Assembly: GCA_028826165.1 (NCBI GenBank)
Contig: JAPDFW010000096.1
Coordinates: forward strand, 62,001 to 126,000
Reading direction: 5' to 3'
DNA: 64,000 nucleotides
Origin: Anaeramoeba ignava BMAN
Taxonomy: Eukaryota > Protista > Anaeramoebae
In this document: positions 42,260-54,848 of the stretch, piece by piece
Layout of the letters: each line of letters starts with the position of its first letter
Position numbering within the stretch: the stretch's first letter is position 1
The notes under the pieces: generated by a model
Seen by the model: only the letters and a program-made list of their open reading frames with translations
Database searches by the model: none
What the model was told of the DNA's origin: nothing
Position numbers and translations under genes: made by a program

Positions 42260-42366
42260 AACATTTAAAAAACAAAAACAACAAAAACAGAAATAATTTT
42301 TCATTTTTCATTTTTTTCATTTTCATTTTTTTCATTTTAATAAAATAATAAAATAATAAAATAATA

Positions 42367-45300
42367 ATGGAACAATTTATTTCTAATGAATTTTATTGGT
42401 CAAGAATATATGGAACAGGTGAACAACCTCCTAAATTATTTAGATCAGCTTTTATTGAATGGCATGATCAATTTTTTGTATTTGGAGGTTTATCAGAAGA
42501 AAATTCAAATGAAACTTATTGTTTTGATTTAAGTGTGTTTTGATTTATTTTTTTCCAATTAATTTTATCATTTGAATCAATTAAAATTCCAATTAAAATT
42601 TAAATATAAAAAAAATATTTTTCTCTTTTTTTGGAAATCAATCAAAAAGAATATAATAAATGGAAAAAACTTGAAATTGAATCTAAACCTGAATCAAGAA
42701 GAGGTCATACAGGTGTTGTTTATCAAGATAAATGGTATATTTTTGGTGGAAATAAAATGAGTCGTGCTTTTCAAAATTTAGATATTTTTGATTTTCAAAA
42801 ATTGACTTGGAAAATTTATCATCCTTCAACAGAAATATTACCTCCTGCAAGAACTTATCATTCAGCAGTTATTTATAATAATTATATGTATATTTATGGT
42901 GGTTTAACTTATCCTTATAAAGTTATTGGAGATATGGTATTAAAATTAAAATTAAAATTAAAATCAAAATCAAAATCAAAATTAAAATTAAAATTAAAAT
43001 CAAAATCTAAATCAAAAATTAAAATTAAAATTAAAATTAAAATCAAAAATTAAAATTAAAATTAAATTCAAAATCAAAATCAAATTCAAAAATTCAAAAT
43101 CAAAATTAAAATCAAAATCAAAATCAAAATCAAAATTAAAATCAAAATCAAAATTAAAATTTAAATCAAAAATCAAAATCAATATTAAAATTAAAATTAA
43201 AATTAAAATTAAAATTAAAATTAAAATTAAAATTAAAATCAAAATCAAAATCAAAATCTAAATTAAAATTAAAATTAAAATTAAAATTAAAATTAAAATC
43301 AAAATTAAAATTAAAAATCAAAATCAAAATTAATATTAAAATTAAAATTAAAATTAAAATTAAAATTAAAATTAAAATCAAAATTAAAATTAAAATCAAA
43401 ATCAAAATTCATTTTGAAATTAAAAATCAAAATAAAAATCAAATTCAAAATTAAAATTAAAATCAAAATCAAAATCAAAATCAAAATCTAAATCAAAATC
43501 AAAATTTAAATTAAAATTAAAATCAAAATTTAAAATTAAAATTAAAATTAAAATTAAAATCTAAATTAAAATTAAAATTAAAATTAAAATTAAAATTAAA
43601 ATTAAAATTAAAATTAAAATTAAAATTAAAATTAAAATTAAAATTAAGATTAAAATTAAAATTAAAATTAAAATTAAAATTAAAATTAAAATTAAAATTA
43701 AAATTAAAATCAAAAATTAAAATTAAAATTAAAATTTAAATTAAAATTCAAAATTAAAATTAAAATTAAAATCAAAATAAAAATCAAATTCAAAATTAAA
43801 ATTAAAATCAAAATTAAAATCAAAATCAAAATCAAAATCAAAATCAAAATCAAAATTAAAATCAAAATTAAAATCAAAATCAAAATCAAAATCAAAATTA
43901 AAATTAAAATCAAAATCAAAATTTAAAATTAAAATTAAAACCAAAGTGGAGAATGCATCTTCCAACTCAAAAATGGGAAAAAGTAATACAATATGGAAAG
44001 AAATTATTTGAAAAAAGTGCAGCACATACAGCAGTTGTATATGGAGATAATATGTTTGTATGGGGAGGAGATTGTGATACAGGAGAATATTCTGGAGAGA
44101 TGAATATATTCCACTTTCCTACAAACACATGGAAAGTACTTAATCCAATGGGGACAGTACCAATATCAAGAGAAAGTCACACAGCTGTTCTTCTTGGGAG
44201 TAAAATGATTATTTTTGGCGGACAAAATGAATATAAAGGAACAAATTTTAATGATGTTTGTGAATACAACATTTTAACAAATAAATGGGATATTATTAAG
44301 TATAATACAAATTTAGTTCCTTCTATGAGAGATGATCACTGTGCAACTTTATGCAATAATGGAAATGAAATGATTATTTTTGGAGGAACTTCTTCTTTAA
44401 ATGAGAATTTATTTAGTGATTGTTGGAGGTTTACCTTCAATTCTTCTCTTGTACAAGACATGAAGAATTACTATTTAAATCAAGAACTTTGTGATATTGT
44501 TATTATTCCTGGTTATATCTCTGCTCATTCGAGTATTCTTAAATATAGACTTTTTGGTATTTCTGAATATCCAAATCAAGACAATAATATCAATAATCAT
44601 TTTTTCATCAAAAATAATTTTTCGAATTTTATTTCGGTTTGCAAATCTTATTCAAAAAGAGCTGTTCATATTTTAATGATATTTATTTATTCAGGTCTTT
44701 TTGAACCTGATTCTTTAGAAACTCTTAATCATTTAAGTGTTCTTTCAAAGAATTTGTTTATTCCAGAACTTTTTGAATTATGCAAAATTATGATTCAAAC
44801 AGATAAAAATTTAGAAACAGATGAAATTGAAATGAAAACGCAAGATTTAAATTTGAATGAAATTCAAAATCAAAATGAAATTCAAAATCAAAATCAAAAT
44901 CAAAATCAAAATCAAATTCAAAATCAAAATGAAATTCAAAATGAAATTCAAAATCAAAATCAAAATGAAATTCAAAATCAAAATGAAATTCAAAATCAAA
45001 ATGAAATTCAAAATGAAATTCAAAATGAAATTCAAAATCAAAATGAAATTCAAAATCAAATTCAAAATCAAAATGAAATTCAAAATCAAAATGAAATTCA
45101 AAATGAAATTCAAATTCAAAATGAAATTCAAAATGAAATTCAAAATGAAATTCAAAATGAAATTCAAAATGAAATTCAAATTCAAAATGAAATTCAAAAT
45201 CAAAATGAAATTCAAAATCAAAATAAAAATCAAAATGAAATTCAAAATCAAAATGAAATTCAAAATGAAATTCAAAATCAAAATGAAAATCAAAATGAAA

Positions 45301-46265
45301 ATGAAATTCAAAATCAAAAAAAACCTTTATCAAATTTCCAAAAGAATTTTGAGTATATGTATCAAATGAGAAAAGAAGATTTTGATTTTAATATTATTAT
45401 TGATCATAATAATGAAACAATCAAAATACCAGTTCATAAAGATATTCTTGCAGCAAGAAGTCAATTATTTTTTGGAATGTTTAGTTTGAATATCAAAGAT
45501 TCTTCAGGTTGTGCACCAGATTTTAGTGGAAGAAGTCCAGAAACAATTGAAGCTTTAATTGAGTACTTTTACACAGGAAAAATAATACAAAATTCAATTA
45601 CACCATCAATTTCACTTGAACTTTTTGATGCACATGAATATTACAATATAAAAAGTTCAGAAATACAAAAATATGTGATTCAAATTGCTTTAGAAAATCC
45701 TGAATCTATTATTTCATGGGAAAATGTGTTTGAAATTCTGCAAATTTCAATTGAATATGATATTCGAGTTATTATTGAAGAATGTCTTATATTTATTACA
45801 AAAAACAGCACAAATACGTTATTAGAACAATTGGATATTATTATTCAAGAAGTTGGAAATGTTCCATATATTGAAGAAATATTTGGGCAGATTTTGCCTT
45901 TTTCTAAATTTTGGGAGTTGATTTTATTGTTGAATACATATGAACTGATTTCAAAACATAGACTTGTTGTTAATAAATTTATTCAGAATTTAATTGTTGA
46001 AAATTTGGAAGTTATTGATCTTAATCAGAATTTAATATTTCGAAATTATTTATTACATTTTTTATACAGAAAAAAAACTATAAGGGATTCAATTAATTTC
46101 AAAATTATTGAAGTATCTCAACATAATTCAGAATGGAAGAAATTTAATGAAGATTTGGAAATGAAATTGAAAACGAAAATAAAAAAGGAAGATATTGTAA
46201 TGGCAATTGGTATAAGTGATTCAAGTGATTCAAGTGATTCAAGTGATTTCAGTGATTCCAATTAA
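42367..46265 (+). CDS. Kelch-repeat + BTB + BTB protein (LZTR1-like architecture)
   Basis: ATG at 42367; Kelch repeats (RRGHTGVVY..YIFGG, RTYHSAVIY, RESHTAV); BTBs (CDIVI..SAHSSIL; IPVHKDILAARSQLF); QNEI low-complexity linker; introns at about 42533-42622 and 42937-43946. Confidence 0.85.
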
Positions 46266-46454
46266 AATTAAAATTAAAATTAAAATAAAAATCAAAAATT
46301 AAAATTAAAATTAAAATTAAAATTAAAATTAAAATTAAAATTTAAAATAAAAATTAAAATCAAAATTAAAATAAATTAAAATTAAAATTAAAATAAATTA
46401 AAAATTTTTTTCATTTTTTTCATTTTTTTCATTTTTTTTCGATAAAATATAATA

Positions 46455-49388
46455 ATGTATGGATTTAGATTTTCAAATCTTCTTGGATCTTCTTACCAAC
46501 AAGGAAACGTATTATTTACAAAAGATGGAAACTCATTTGTGAGTCCAGTTGGAGATAAAATAACAATATTTGATTTAATCAATAATAAATCAAAAACAAT
46601 TGAAACTGAATTAAAAAATCGGATCACAAAAATAGCACTCTCAAAAGACGGAATGCTCCTCCTGGCAATAGACGAGAAAGGACATGGTGTGATGATAAAT
46701 ATTCTGCGCGGTGTTGTGCTTCATCATATTAATTTTAAAGCTTATATTCATGATGCAAAATTTTCACCTTGTGGAAAATTCTTTGCAATTACAAAAGAAA
46801 AAGAACTACAAGTTTGGTTTACTCCTGGAATCAGGAGAGAATTCACTGCAATTCAACTGAGTCAATCTTTGAAAGGCCATCTTAATGATATCACTTGCCT
46901 GGATTGGAGTAATGATGGCAGGTATATTGTCACTGGTTCTTTTGATTTAACTGTTAAAATTCATCGAAGAATTTATAACGAAAATTTCAAAAAAATATCT
47001 CTTTATGGACATAAGGATTATATTGTGGGTGTTTTTTTCTCGAGGGATAATAATATAATTTATTCAGTTTCATTTGATGGAACTTTGATTGTTTGGAAAT
47101 GGATTGAAAATGAAAATCAAAATGAAAATCAAAATGAAAATGATTTAGAAATTGAAAATGATTTAGAAATTGAAAATGATTTAATTGAAAATGATTTAGA
47201 AATTGAAAATAATTTAAATGAAAATGATTTAGAAATTGATTTAAATGAAAATAATTTAAATGAAAATGATTTAGAAATTGATTTAAATGAAAATTCTCAA
47301 ATCAAAAAAAGAAAAATTAAAAAAATTAAATCATCTCAGAAATGGAGCATCAAAAACACACAAAAAAAAGAATTCTTCAGTAAAAATGGAAAATTTATCA
47401 TGCATTCAAAACATTATTTCTTCCCAAACACCCGAACATCACTGAGATGTGTGGATTTCCACAAAGAAAAACAAGTACTTGTAGCAGGATTTGGAAACGG
47501 GGTTTTTGGATTGTATAAATTACCCGATTTTGAGCAAATCCACACATTGAACATCTCACAACACCCGATCGACACACTCTCATTCAATGCAACAGGGGAA
47601 TGGATCGGGCTTGGTTCAGGAGTAACAGGACAGGTTCTTGTATGGGAATGGCAGTCGGAAACACATATTTTGAAGCAGCAGGGACACACACAAACAATGA
47701 CGTGTCTGGGATACTCTCCCGATGGTCGTTTTATAGCGACTGGAGGAGATGACGGGAAGATCAAGATGTGGAACATTACATCTGGGTTTTCCTTTGTGAC
47801 GTTTACTGAGCACAAACTGCCAGTAACGGACATTGTGTTTTCGCAGAAGAACCAAGTGGCGTTTTCTTCGAGTCTCGACGGAACGGTGCGTGCACTCGAT
47901 CTTGTGAGGTACCGCTCGTTTCGGGTTTTCACAACACCAACGCCTGTCCAATTTTCATGCGTTGCTGTTGACCCAAGTGGGGAAATAGTGTGTGCAGGCA
48001 CAATGGATGATTTCCAGATATGTGTCTGGTCAGTCCAAACAGGGAAACTTCTCGATGTCATTTCGGGACATGAGGGGCCTGTGAGTTGTCTTCAATTTTC
48101 TCCCGTGGATGAATCTGTTTTAGTGTCAGGGTCGTGGGACCACACAGTTCGTGTGTGGGACATATTCGGAAAAAATACTTCGCCTGAGATTTTCTCTCAT
48201 AATTCAGATGTGCTTGCCGTTGCGTTCCATCCTGATGGAAAGGAACTCGCAACCTCAACATTGGATGGCACTATTGTGATCTGGGATATCGAAACAGCGT
48301 CTCCAAAAAGCACGCTGGAGATCCGCAGAGATATTTTTGGAGGAAAAATTCCCGGATATAAAGAAGCCTTCTCAATCCGTTTTGGAAATTCCCATTTCTC
48401 CTCATTGTGCTATTCCGCAGACGGTCGATCCCTAATCGCTGGCGGTAATAGCCCGTTTGTGTGCATGTATGAGCTTTCCCACAAAACATTAGCAAAGCGT
48501 TTTATGGCCACAACATTAATGCCTTATGGAGGTGAGTTTGACAAGTTGAATTCTGCATTGATGACTGAAGCTGGGGAAATCAACACAATCAATGCAGAAG
48601 ATGATCGCCAACTGATTCTAGAGGGCGGTATTTCTCGACGTAGGAATTCGCACATACGCTCTGATGAGCTTCCAGGAGTGATGCGAGGAGAGTTAAAGAG
48701 AATTAGGGCCACTCGTCCCGAAATTCGTTGTGTCAGATTTTCTCCAGATGGTCGTAATTGGGCTGCAGTTTCCAATGAAGGTCTTGTTATATACTCTCTT
48801 GATAACTCTCTTGTTTTCGATCCTTATGCTCTCGATGTAAATATCACCCCGCAATCCATCAACAACGCACTTGAGAACTCCCATTTTCTCAAGGCTCTTC
48901 TTATGTCTCTTTCACTTAACCAACAGGAAGTTATTTCCCTTGTTTTTTACTCAATTCCCCCTTCAGAGATCCCTGTTATTGCCTCTGTTTTTCCTCGTGA
49001 ATTTCTCCATAAATTTCTTGATTTCATCTCAAAAGCTATTCTTTCTAGTCCTCATCTTCAATTCCATTTGATTTGGATTACAAACCTTTTTGCTGCTCAT
49101 TCTCATACTCTTCTCAACTCATCTTCTTCTTTCCTCTATATTCTCCGCTCTCTCAATAATTCTCTTTCTTCCAATATTCAGGATATCAAGAAACTTTGCG
49201 AATCAAATACTTACACTCTTGATTATCTTATTACCCAAAATGAACGTAAATTTACAAAGAAGGATTCAATGTTTTTTTTCGATAACACTCCAAATAATAA
49301 GAATCAAAATCCAAATCAAAATTCAAATCAAAATTCAAATTCAAAAAAGAAATCTTCTCTTAATTTTGAAGAAATTGATTTAAATTGA
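46455..49388 (+). CDS. PWP2: Periodic tryptophan protein 2 / Utp1 (SSU processome WD40 protein)
   Basis: FRFSNLLGSSYQQGNV..SPVG; LVWEWQSETHILKQQGH; SLDGTVRALDLVRYRSFRVFTTP; FDPYALD; C-terminal Utp12 domain (HLQFHLIW..NTYTLDY). Intronless. Confidence 0.97.
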   Translation: MYGFRFSNLLGSSYQQGNVLFTKDGNSFVSPVGDKITIFDLINNKSKTIETELKNRITKIALSKDGMLLLAIDEKGHGVMINILRGVVLHHINFKAYIHDAKFSPCGKFFAITKEKELQVWFTPGIRREFTAIQLSQSLKGHLNDITCLDWSNDGRYIVTGSFDLTVKIHRRIYNENFKKISLYGHKDYIVGVFFSRDNNIIYSVSFDGTLIVWKWIENENQNENQNENDLEIENDLEIENDLIENDLEIENNLNENDLEIDLNENNLNENDLEIDLNENSQIKKRKIKKIKSSQKWSIKNTQKKEFFSKNGKFIMHSKHYFFPNTRTSLRCVDFHKEKQVLVAGFGNGVFGLYKLPDFEQIHTLNISQHPIDTLSFNATGEWIGLGSGVTGQVLVWEWQSETHILKQQGHTQTMTCLGYSPDGRFIATGGDDGKIKMWNITSGFSFVTFTEHKLPVTDIVFSQKNQVAFSSSLDGTVRALDLVRYRSFRVFTTPTPVQFSCVAVDPSGEIVCAGTMDDFQICVWSVQTGKLLDVISGHEGPVSCLQFSPVDESVLVSGSWDHTVRVWDIFGKNTSPEIFSHNSDVLAVAFHPDGKELATSTLDGTIVIWDIETASPKSTLEIRRDIFGGKIPGYKEAFSIRFGNSHFSSLCYSADGRSLIAGGNSPFVCMYELSHKTLAKRFMATTLMPYGGEFDKLNSALMTEAGEINTINAEDDRQLILEGGISRRRNSHIRSDELPGVMRGELKRIRATRPEIRCVRFSPDGRNWAAVSNEGLVIYSLDNSLVFDPYALDVNITPQSINNALENSHFLKALLMSLSLNQQEVISLVFYSIPPSEIPVIASVFPREFLHKFLDFISKAILSSPHLQFHLIWITNLFAAHSHTLLNSSSSFLYILRSLNNSLSSNIQDIKKLCESNTYTLDYLITQNERKFTKKDSMFFFDNTPNNKNQNPNQNSNQNSNSKKKSSLNFEEIDLN

Positions 49389-49496
49389 TTTAAAAAATAA
49401 TTTCTTTCTTCCTTTCTTTCTTTTTTAGATCTTTTTTTTTTTAAATTTTTAGAAATAAAAACAAACTAAACTAAAATATTTTTTAATTTTTATTTT

Positions 49497-51991
49497 TTAT
49501 TTTAAATTCTCCAAAATTGAATCAAAAATAGTCTCTTCATTGAATTGATAATAATCTTTTGCATCTTGAAGTTGTTCAATAGATTGCTTTGAAAGTTGAT
49601 TTGGTAAAGAATCAATATACAAAAACCTAATAATAGCTTCCATTGCTTCAAATGTTTTACCACTATAATCATTCACAGAATCCGAATCATCTTTAACAGA
49701 CAAAAACATACCTCGAAACAAATCAGATCTACAAGAAATCACACATTTATGAACCTTGATTTCTTGATTTTCCACTTTAATAGTAAAATTTTTTGACTTA
49801 TCATGTTCCAAAAGTCTTGAGAAATCTTGAATCAAACTTCTTTTCCCAAATTTGGATTTGATCCATTTCTGATCAAATCCAATTTCTTCACCAATTTCCA
49901 TAATTTTATTCAAGGATTCAATTGATTGAATTTGTGCTGAATAAATAAATTTCAAGAAAATCATTGCATTTTCTTTTGTTGTTTCTTGGAAAGCATTGAT
50001 GAAATGTTCCATTTTGAAAATGTCATTTGAATCATCATCCAAATCAGAATTATTTGCAGAAAATCTGAGCCGAAGAATCAAACTGTGAACTGGGATAGAT
50101 CCATCAAGACATTTTATTGAACTATCAGAAAATTCACCACGAACAAAGAAATTTTTCCAATCGTTTTGAAAGGAAAGAAGTTGGTCAAGTTTTTTTGAGT
50201 TTTGTGAATTTCTTCGGAAATGTGGATAATCAACCTCAAACAACCCTTTTTCAACACAAACATCAGCCAAACTTTGATCCAGATCTTGAATCACGCTTTT
50301 TCCTGAATGATCCAAAATATTGAAATCTGCACCATTTTGGATCAATAAACCAGCGATTGCTTTACTTTTGGAAACCATGTGAAGAAGAGTTTTTCCTTTT
50401 TTCGGTTCTTGGTAATTCAGCTCTGCTCCAGCTTCAACAAGTAAATTTACGCTTTGGAAATTGTTTGTGATACAATAAAAAAGTGGAGTCAACATTTCAG
50501 AATTTTTTGCATTAACATTTGCCCCCTTTTGAATCAAATAAAAAACAATGTCTGGATTGGAATTGTTTTGGCAAGCCAGATGAAGAGGAGTGTTTTGCCT
50601 ATTATCCTTTGCATTAACATCATTTCCATGCGAAACAAGAAGCTCAAGAAGCTCTTTTGGATAATTTTGTTTGCAAGCAGCATGAATTGGTAGTGTTCCT
50701 TTATTGTCTGCAACATTTAGATCAGCTCCAGAGTCGATGAGAAGTTTTATTTTTTCGAATGTGGATCTATTTTCCAAAGAAACAAGAATAGAGGATTTGC
50801 CTCCTTTGAAATCTCTTTTGCATTTGCGCCTTTTTCAATCAAAAAACGAATAACGTCTGTGATACGCACTTTCTTGCAAATATACAGAAAAGGAGGAATT
50901 GAATTCACTTCGTTTTTGATAAATGATTCGTGAAATAGAAGTTGAGCCAATTCCAAGGTAAGATCATGATTCATTGCCAAAAAGAAAGGAGAAAGTCCGT
51001 TTTTCTTCACATCAACCGATGCTCCTTTTGATAATAATAATTTCACAATTTCGACTGATATATTTGCTTTGGAACACTCGATTATCAAAGCAGTGGAAGC
51101 GTAATTATCCGAAAGATTTATATTTTGATTTGTAACAAGTAATTCAAGTACTTCCATATTTGGAGATTTGTTTTGGAGATAGATCATAAGAGCTGTTCTT
51201 CCGCGAGAATCTCGAGAATTGACGGTTGTGTCTGTGATTAAAATCTTCACGCTTTTGGGATCAACAGTTTCATTGGCAACAAGGATATGCAAAGGAATCG
51301 ATCCTGCTGATGTTTTTATGGACACATTTTGTGAAGTGATTAATTTTCTCAAACAATCAAAACCTAGATTGTTTTTACAGGCGAGATGCAATCCAGTCTC
51401 AAAGGATTCCGTGGTTTTATCAAGATCCACATTTTGGGAAAGGAAGAAATCAATCACTTTCTCACTTGTGATTGATTTCAAGACAAAGGGAAAAGCTAAT
51501 TTGATCGATTTATTGTATTTTTTCGATTTAAGATTTGGCAAAAAATCAATGAAATTATCCGAATTGCTGAAAATATAATCCAAAACTGAATGGCTTGTTT
51601 TATCCATAATAGCCAAATCACCACCTTTTTCAAAGATGAAATTTAGAACTTTTAATGAATGAGATCTTGAAGCAGCATAATGCATTGGAGTTCTTCCAAA
51701 GATATCAGTTATTCCAATTTTTGCACCATTTTTCACTAAAAACTTAATTGCTTCTAAATCTCCTGTTTTCATGCAGCAATAATGAAGTGGTGTTTGTCCA
51801 AGATTTTGCTTTTCGTTAACAGATATTTTGTTGTTTATCAAAAACTTCAACATGGGAATTTTTGGGTTAACGATACATGCATAATGGAGAAGTGTTTCTC
51901 CATCTGAATTTTTTACTGTTCGAAGTTCTTTTTCTTTTTTCTTTAAAAGAGAAATGGAATTATTTTTCACATTTTCCCAGAATCCAGACAT
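49497..51991 (-). CDS. Ankyrin-repeat + BTB-BTB protein, intronless; apparent 1-nt frameshift at about 50805
   Basis: ORF 50747-51991 is all ankyrin repeats; ORF 49497-50777 is ankyrin repeats plus two BTBs (IPVHSLIL; IKVHKCVISCRSDLF). Adding one A gives GANAKEIS-KG-GKSSILVSLEN, restoring the repeat register. Confidence 0.85.
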
Positions 51992-52147
51992 TTTAAAAAA
52001 TTATAAAAAATTCAAAAAATTATAAAATTAAAAAATGAAAAATTATAAATTGAAAATTTTTATTTTCTTTTTCTTTTCTTGTTTTAAATTTTGAGATTTA
52101 AAAAAAAAAAAACGTTTCCAATTTTTCCAACTTTTCCAACTTCTTTT

Positions 52148-53662
52148 TTACAGATTATCTTGATTATCTTGATTATTTTCATTTGAAGAATCAGAAGAAT
52201 CAATAAATTTTGCTCCTTTTCCTCTTTTTTTTGGTGATCTTAATTTAGGGAAATTTTTTGAATTTGATGAATAATTAATTGGTTCATTAACTGATAATCC
52301 TTGAAGTTGTAATCTAAGATTTTTGAATTCTTCTGTATCTTTAGGAAATAAGTAATCCAATGTTGTTTCTGAGAATTCAAATGGAGAATCTATGTAAATT
52401 GGTTTTATATCTCTTGGTTCAATAAAATGTAAGAAGTTTTCAATTTCGGAATAAGAAGGATGAAAGGAAATTTGGACAAACTATTTATAAAACATATAAT
52501 ATAAATTTTAATTTTAAATTTTAAATTTTGAATTTTAAATTTTAATTTTGAATTTTAAATTTTAAATTTTGAATTTTGAATTTTGAATTTTAATTTTGAA
52601 TTTTAATTTTGAATTTTAATTTTGATTTTAATTTTGAATTTTAATTTTGATTTTAATTTTGAATTTTAATTTTGAATTTAAATTTTGAATTTTAATTTTG
52701 AATTTAAATTTTGAATTTTAATTTTGATTTTAATTTTGAATTTTAATTTTGAATTTTAATTTTGATTTTAAATTTTGAATTTAAATTTTGATTTTAATTT
52801 TGAAAGTCCTCACATATTCCTTTGTGTTATTTGGATTAGCAAAAGTGTTTTGTTTAGGTTCCATAATATGAATTGTTATAAAATCATTTCCAATTGTTTT
52901 TTGAGTTTTTTCAAAATCAAATTTATAAGAACTAAAAAGAAGGAATTTAACATTTTTTTGAGAAGTAAAATAATTTGATAATTGAAATTCATTGAAATTT
53001 GATTTATCAATAATTTGTAAAAGATGAATAATTTCTTTTGGAACAAAAATTTTGGAATGAAAAGCTTCAGAAAGTTGAATCAAAATATCTTCAATACCCA
53101 AATTATAAGCAAAAGTGAAAACAAAAATATTTTGCGAATGAGATTGGCAAATTGATTGAATTAATTGAGAAGATTGATTTTTAGAAGGGAATTTTTGCTT
53201 GAATTTTGGATTGCAATAAGTATTGTCAATATAAAGTGTTGAAATATTTTTTTTGTATTTGGAAAGTAAATTGAAAGATTTTTCATCATAAATTTCGAAA
53301 TTATCAAAACGGAAATTTCCTGTGTATAAAATATTTCCTTCTTTGGATTGAAAAAGAAACATGCAAGACCCAATTATATTGTGTGATCTTATCGGGATAA
53401 CTGTGATTGTTGATTCTGTGTTTGCTCCGATTGATATCATGTGTGGAGTATTTAAATCAAGTCCAATTACTCTTTTATTTTCTATTTCGTAATTTTCTGT
53501 TATTAATTTTGCTGTTATTTGTGTGCAATATATTATTCCATGATTCCAATTTTTTGTTATTCCTTTTATGCTTTTGGATCGATAACTTGTGATGAAATAA
53601 CAATAAATATCTTTTTCTGGAATAAGTGAATCAACAGAAATTGGGAGGTTTTTTAATCTCAT
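52148..53662 (-). CDS. SNM1/Apollo/Artemis-type metallo-beta-lactamase/beta-CASP protein with degenerate metal-binding motifs, 2 exons
   Basis: LPISVD; IIYCTQITAKL; GSCMFLF..GNILYTGNFR; LYIDNTYCNP..FPS; LGIEDIL; second exon FVQISFHPSYSEIENFLHFIEP; intron at about 52481-52812. Confidence 0.8.
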
Positions 53663-53734
53663 TTTCAAAAAATTTAGAAGAAAAATGAAAAATGAAAAAT
53701 GAAAAATGAAAAAATTTTTATTTTTTTTAATTGA

Positions 53735-54535
53735 ATTGATTATTGATTTGATTTGATTTGAATATTGAATTGAATATTGATTTGATTTGAATTGAATATT
53801 GAATTGAATATTGATTTGATTTGAATTGAATATTGATTTGATTTGATTTGAATTGAATTGATTTGGTTTGATTTGAATATTGATTTGATTTGATTTGAAT
53901 TGATTTGAATATTGATTTGAATATTGAATTGATTTGATTTGAATTGATTTGAATATTGATTTGAATTGATTTGATTTGATTTGATTTGATTTGATTTGAA
54001 TTGATTTGATTTGATTTGATTTGAATATTGATTTGATTTGAATATTGATTTGATTTGAATTGATTTGATTTGATTTGATTTGATTTGATTTGATTTGATT
54101 TGATTTGATTTGATTTGATTTGATTTGATTTGAATATTGATTTGAATTGATTTGATTTGATTTGATTTGATTTGATTTGAATTGAATTGAATTGATTTGA
54201 ATTGATTTGAATATTGAATTGATTTGAATATTGATTTGAATATTGATTTGAATATTGATTTGAATATTGATTTGATTTGAATTGATTTGATTTGAATTGA
54301 ATTGAATTGAATATTGATTTGATTTGATTTGAATATTGATTTGATTTGAATATTGATTTGATTTGAATTGAATATTGATTTGAATATTGATTTGAATTGA
54401 ATATGGATTTGATTTGATTTGAATTGATTTGAATTTTGATTTGATTTGAATATTGATTTGAATATTTAATTGAATATTGATTTGATTTGATTTGATTTGA
54501 TTTGAATATTGATTTGAATATTGAATTTTGCTTGA
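53735..54535. repeat. Intergenic (GATTT/GAATT/GAATATT)n pentamer-based array
   Basis: Directly visible; its reverse complement also fills the kinase intron at 55412-55698. Confidence 0.95.
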
Positions 54536-54848
54536 ATTTTAAATTAAATTTGAAAGGGGGATTAAATTTAAATTCTTAAAAAAAATTTAATGAAAAATTT
54601 TGAGAAAAAAAAAAGAAAAATTGAAATGAGAATTTTGTTGTTTTTAGATCAATAAAATAAATAAAAAATAAATTTGATTAAATTAATAAAGAAAAAAAAT
54701 TTTTTTTTTAATTAAAATTTATTAATTTATTTTGCTATTTTTTTGGTTCATTTTTTCTTTTAAATTTGATAATTTTTGGTTTTAATTTATTTAATAAAAA
54801 TAATTGAATAATTTTTAGAAGAACTATCCCTTTTTCTTTTTTTAAAAA

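Noticed and set aside
29857-45369. Poly-LK, IL, DF, FI and FK ORFs (for example 29857, 32609, 36034-36892, 37551, 38800, 43012-44025, 44788-45369)
   Set aside because: They are stop-free frames of hexamer or 12-mer microsatellites, or alternative frames of real low-complexity exons.
47398-48884. Antisense ORFs over PWP2 (likewise over the AAA ATPase and TMEM104)
   Set aside because: They are shadow ORFs of more GC-rich coding sequence with no recognisable motifs.
53735-54535. Possible telomeric or interstitial telomere repeat
   Set aside because: The (GATTT)n array is degenerate, lacks G-runs, and the same motif occurs in an ordinary intron.
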